Below the pieces are notes generated by a model. It ran no database searches and was not told the DNA's origin. It was given only the letters and a program-made list of their open reading frames with translations. This document shows, one piece after another, positions 61,258 to 64,000 of a stretch of DNA of 64,000 bases (the stretch's first letter is position 1; every line of letters starts with the position of its first letter). The DNA is from Candidatus Amesbacteria bacterium (GTDB taxonomy: Bacteria > Patescibacteriota > Microgenomatia > CAZETR01 > Amesbacteraceae), in NCBI GenBank assembly GCA_963736875.1, contig CAVTQH010000002.1, positions 5,294 through 69,293 on the forward strand, in the 5' to 3' direction. A program made the translations under genes and the position numbers.

Positions 61258-61788
61258 ATGACTCAATTAAATATTCGTCTTCCTGAGAAGCTTCACAGAA
61301 ATTTCAGTCTTGTCATTGTGGGTTTGATAATTATTATAGCTACTTCTCTCCTTACTCTCCCCCAAAGAAACACACCACCCACATCATCGCCACCATCCTT
61401 ACCCAACAATGTCCCATCAGTTTCTGTCACCGAAATTTCTCCCTTTAAAATTATTGGCTATTCTCCACGGAATTTAAATCCTTCCATTGCCAACACCCAC
61501 TCTGCGGTTTACTTTGAATTTAATAAGCCTCTGACTGATATAGAAATTGCTAACCTACAGCTAATTACAAAACCGGCAGTAATTTTTAAAAAAATTGCCC
61601 ATACCAACAGAAAAATCATATATTTTACCCCAATTTCTTTCTGGAAGGATCAAACCCTCTACACTATAACCATCAGCTCACCATCTGACCCCGATCTTAA
61701 AACTTTCTTTTTCTCCCCTACCTCATATGTCTCACCGGAGGGTGGGGTAAGTGACCAAGTCCCTAATATGTGGCCTTCTAAACCCTGA
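61258..61788 (+). CDS. Membrane-anchored Ig-like (Big_5-like) domain protein
   Basis: TM helix; IIGYSP, VYFEFNKPL, IYFTP..FW....YTITI; start placed at MTQLN. Confidence 0.6.
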   Translation: MTQLNIRLPEKLHRNFSLVIVGLIIIIATSLLTLPQRNTPPTSSPPSLPNNVPSVSVTEISPFKIIGYSPRNLNPSIANTHSAVYFEFNKPLTDIEIANLQLITKPAVIFKKIAHTNRKIIYFTPISFWKDQTLYTITISSPSDPDLKTFFFSPTSYVSPEGGVSDQVPNMWPSKP

Positions 61789-62899
61789 CCGGCATTATCA
61801 GGTGTACCAGACTTCCGTCTTTTTCCAGCTCAAAAACCCCGGGCGACAAACTATCATTCATTCGAAATTTTATCCGTTCTGCGGACACACTGCTCAGAAA
61901 ATCCTGTACATACCGGTAATTAAAAGCAATCTGTCCGTCATCTCCCTTTTTCTCTGTCTCCATATCTACCCGACTCTCCCCTGTTTGCGCGGAACTTGCT
62001 TCAACTTTTAGAACCTCTCCTTCAATTCCGAATCTGATTACATTGGAACTGTCCCTGGCAAATATTCCCACTGCCTTAACTGCCCGGGTCAGTTCCTCCC
62101 TGTCAATCACAATTTCGGTCTTCCCCCCGGTTGGAATTATTTTATCCACGTCCGGAAAATTACCCTCCAGCACCCGTGAAGTCAAATATATGCCGTCATA
62201 TCCGATTATTATCTGATTACTATCCTCCGCCATTCCCATTACCACTTCCTCTTTCTTACCCTCTGAAACTACTCTGGCAATTTCCATTATTGTTCTGGCC
62301 GGTAATATTAACCCCTTTTCCAGCCCTTTTAATTCGGTTTCAATGTCTAATGATTTTTGGCTTAGCCTGAAACCGTCCGTGGCCGTAACTTTAAGTTTCT
62401 TTCCGTCGGTTTCAAACATTACTCCGGTCAAAACCGGCCTGCTCTCATCACCCGCTGCCGCAAACGCCACTTGTGTCGCAATTTCTTCAATTGTCTTTTT
62501 ATTCAACCTAAACCCTTTCTTTCCCGTTTGGTCGCTGTCCGGTTTTGAGATTACCGGAAATTCGGCAGCGGAGATTCCCGTAAAGGTGGCTGTTAATTTT
62601 CCCCCTTCCACTTTCAGTTTTTCCCCATCAGTCTCCAGGCTTACGTTACCTGAAGGAAGCGACCCCACAAATTCACCTAAACTTCTTGCCGGAATTGTAA
62701 CCGCCCCGTTTTCCATAGCTTTTCCTCCAGCCACAGCTCTTATTCCTATTTCCAAATTGGTGGCAGACAGCACCACGCCTTCTTTTCCCGACTCGATTAA
62801 AACATTAGAAAGAATCGGCAGCTGGCTTCTGTTGGGAACAATTCTTCCCACTACGGTAAGCCACTTATTCAGGTCGCCTTGTAAAATTATAGCCTTCAT
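61778..62899 (-). CDS. dnaN: DNA polymerase III beta sliding clamp
   Basis: LPILSNVLI, ATNLEIGI, RPVLTGV, ATDGFRLS, EGNFPD, LIMPVR. Confidence 0.97.
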   Translation of the reverse strand: MKAIILQGDLNKWLTVVGRIVPNRSQLPILSNVLIESGKEGVVLSATNLEIGIRAVAGGKAMENGAVTIPARSLGEFVGSLPSGNVSLETDGEKLKVEGGKLTATFTGISAAEFPVISKPDSDQTGKKGFRLNKKTIEEIATQVAFAAAGDESRPVLTGVMFETDGKKLKVTATDGFRLSQKSLDIETELKGLEKGLILPARTIMEIARVVSEGKKEEVVMGMAEDSNQIIIGYDGIYLTSRVLEGNFPDVDKIIPTGGKTEIVIDREELTRAVKAVGIFARDSSNVIRFGIEGEVLKVEASSAQTGESRVDMETEKKGDDGQIAFNYRYVQDFLSSVSAERIKFRMNDSLSPGVFELEKDGSLVHLIMPVRV

Positions 62900-63124
62900 A
62901 TTCTAAATTTAAATAGTCGTCTTAGTAGTAATCTTTGTGGATAAGTTGATATTTTCTGTTTTTTAATCCCGGCTTTCGGGTTTAATTTTTGTTAACAGCG
63001 TAGCGGCCTGATTGTGTATAATTTTGTGGATATTTAATATCATCCACAAAAACTCGCTCTTCCTTCGCAAAGTTTATACACCCTACCGTAAATATATTCA
63101 AGTTATCCACTTTTATCCCCGAAA
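62900..63124. other. Replication origin (oriC) between dnaA and dnaN
   Basis: DnaA boxes TGTGGATAA 62936-44, TGTGTATAA 63013-21, TGTGGATAT 63025-33, TCATCCACA 63040-48, TTATCCACT 63103-11; TAG-TAG-TAA trio-like run and AT-rich tract next to the first box. Confidence 0.88.
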
Positions 63125-64000
63125 TTAATCAGCTCCGGGAGAGAAAATGGTTTTTCTTACTTCCGAAAGTTCCGACTGAAATTTGTGGTTTTGTTCAATT
63201 TCCCCCCTGACCTTGTCCGCGGCATGCAGGACCGTGGTGTGATCCCTTCCCCCAATAAGTCTTCCCACCTCTTCCAGGGGTAGCCGCAAATCCTGCCTTA
63301 AAAGATACATCAGGATCTGCCGCGGCCAGGCTATAGCCTTCGTTCTTCTCTCCCCTTTTAATTGCTGTACTCCCACCCCGTAAAAACTTCCCACAGCGTT
63401 TATTACTTCTGCCGGTGTGATTACCTGCGACCTCCTGCTTTCATTCTCTTTGATTTTTAATATTTGTTCCAGTTCCTCCCTGGAAATTTTTTTACCTCTC
63501 AATTTTTCCTCGGTTTCCACCTTGCTTAAAAAGCCCTGAAGCTCTCTCACCCCTTCTACATTCTCAGCGATCAATTGAGCCAGTTCCATTGGTAAATCAA
63601 AATCCCGCTGCTTGGCTTTTATCAGAAGAATTGCGGTTCTCAGTTCAAAGTCGGCTGCTCCGATATCCACAATCAGTCCCGCGCCGAAACGGCTTCTCAG
63701 TCTCTCTTCCAGTTTGGAAATTTCTTCCGGCGGCTTGTCGCTGGTCATTACCACTTGTCCGCCTTCCCGCAGCAAGGTATTAAAAGTGTGGAAAAATTCC
63801 TCCTGGACGGACGGTTTGCCGGCAATAAACTGCACATCATCCAGCATTAGCAGTTTTAATTTCCGGTATTTGGATCTGACTTTATCCGTGGATTTGAATC
63901 TGATTGCTTCTACTAAATCATTGGTAAATTCTTCACCGGAACAAAATAAAACCTGTGTCGTTCCCGCCCTGATTACCTCATGCCCGATGGCCTGCATCAA
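63125..64000 (-). CDS. dnaA: Chromosomal replication initiator, 5'-truncated by the window edge
   Basis: LMLDDVQF, QEEFFHTFN, ERLRSRF..GL, PRQILMYL, GGRDHTTVLHA. Confidence 0.97.
   Translation of the reverse strand: MMQAIGHEVIRAGTTQVLFCSGEEFTNDLVEAIRFKSTDKVRSKYRKLKLLMLDDVQFIAGKPSVQEEFFHTFNTLLREGGQVVMTSDKPPEEISKLEERLRSRFGAGLIVDIGAADFELRTAILLIKAKQRDFDLPMELAQLIAENVEGVRELQGFLSKVETEEKLRGKKISREELEQILKIKENESRRSQVITPAEVINAVGSFYGVGVQQLKGERRTKAIAWPRQILMYLLRQDLRLPLEEVGRLIGGRDHTTVLHAADKVRGEIEQNHKFQSELSEVRKTIFSPGAD

Noticed and set aside
42514-61788. An integrative conjugative element
   Set aside because: There is no integrase, relaxase or flanking att repeat, and the locus is embedded next to dnaN/oriC.

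Overview
Chromosomal window from a bacterium that looks like Patescibacteria/CPR (Microgenomates-like). This is inferred from gene content, leaderless-type -10 boxes and a C-rich + strand. The window ends at the replication origin (dnaA-oriC-dnaN). Left to right it holds: a giant repeat-containing surface protein; an accessory region (about 10-17.8 kb) downstream of a tRNA-Asn(GTT) that is split by a group I intron; galE, rpoD and dnaG; a GT-C/GT2 glycosylation cluster; six more tRNAs (all four Ser, Arg-GCG, Arg-CCG); a LAGLIDADG gene that ends inside a tRNA; comF, tmRNA and smpB; and a T4SS-like locus with ten tandem VirB2-like pilins, VirB6-like, PrgI, VirB4 and an M23-like protein. The most unusual signal concerns three stable-RNA genes: tRNA-Asn, tRNA-Ser(GGA) and tmRNA. 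Each is followed by small gene cassettes bounded by a degenerate copy of that RNA's own 3' end, with the same 5-nt insertion in nearly every copy. At tRNA-Asn these sites recur 5 to 8 times and form an integron-like array. The antisense strand of the sites reads as short peptides resembling recombinase C-terminal tails, yet no recombinase gene is in the window. Many genes are split by apparent small frameshifts, which probably reflect assembly indels.
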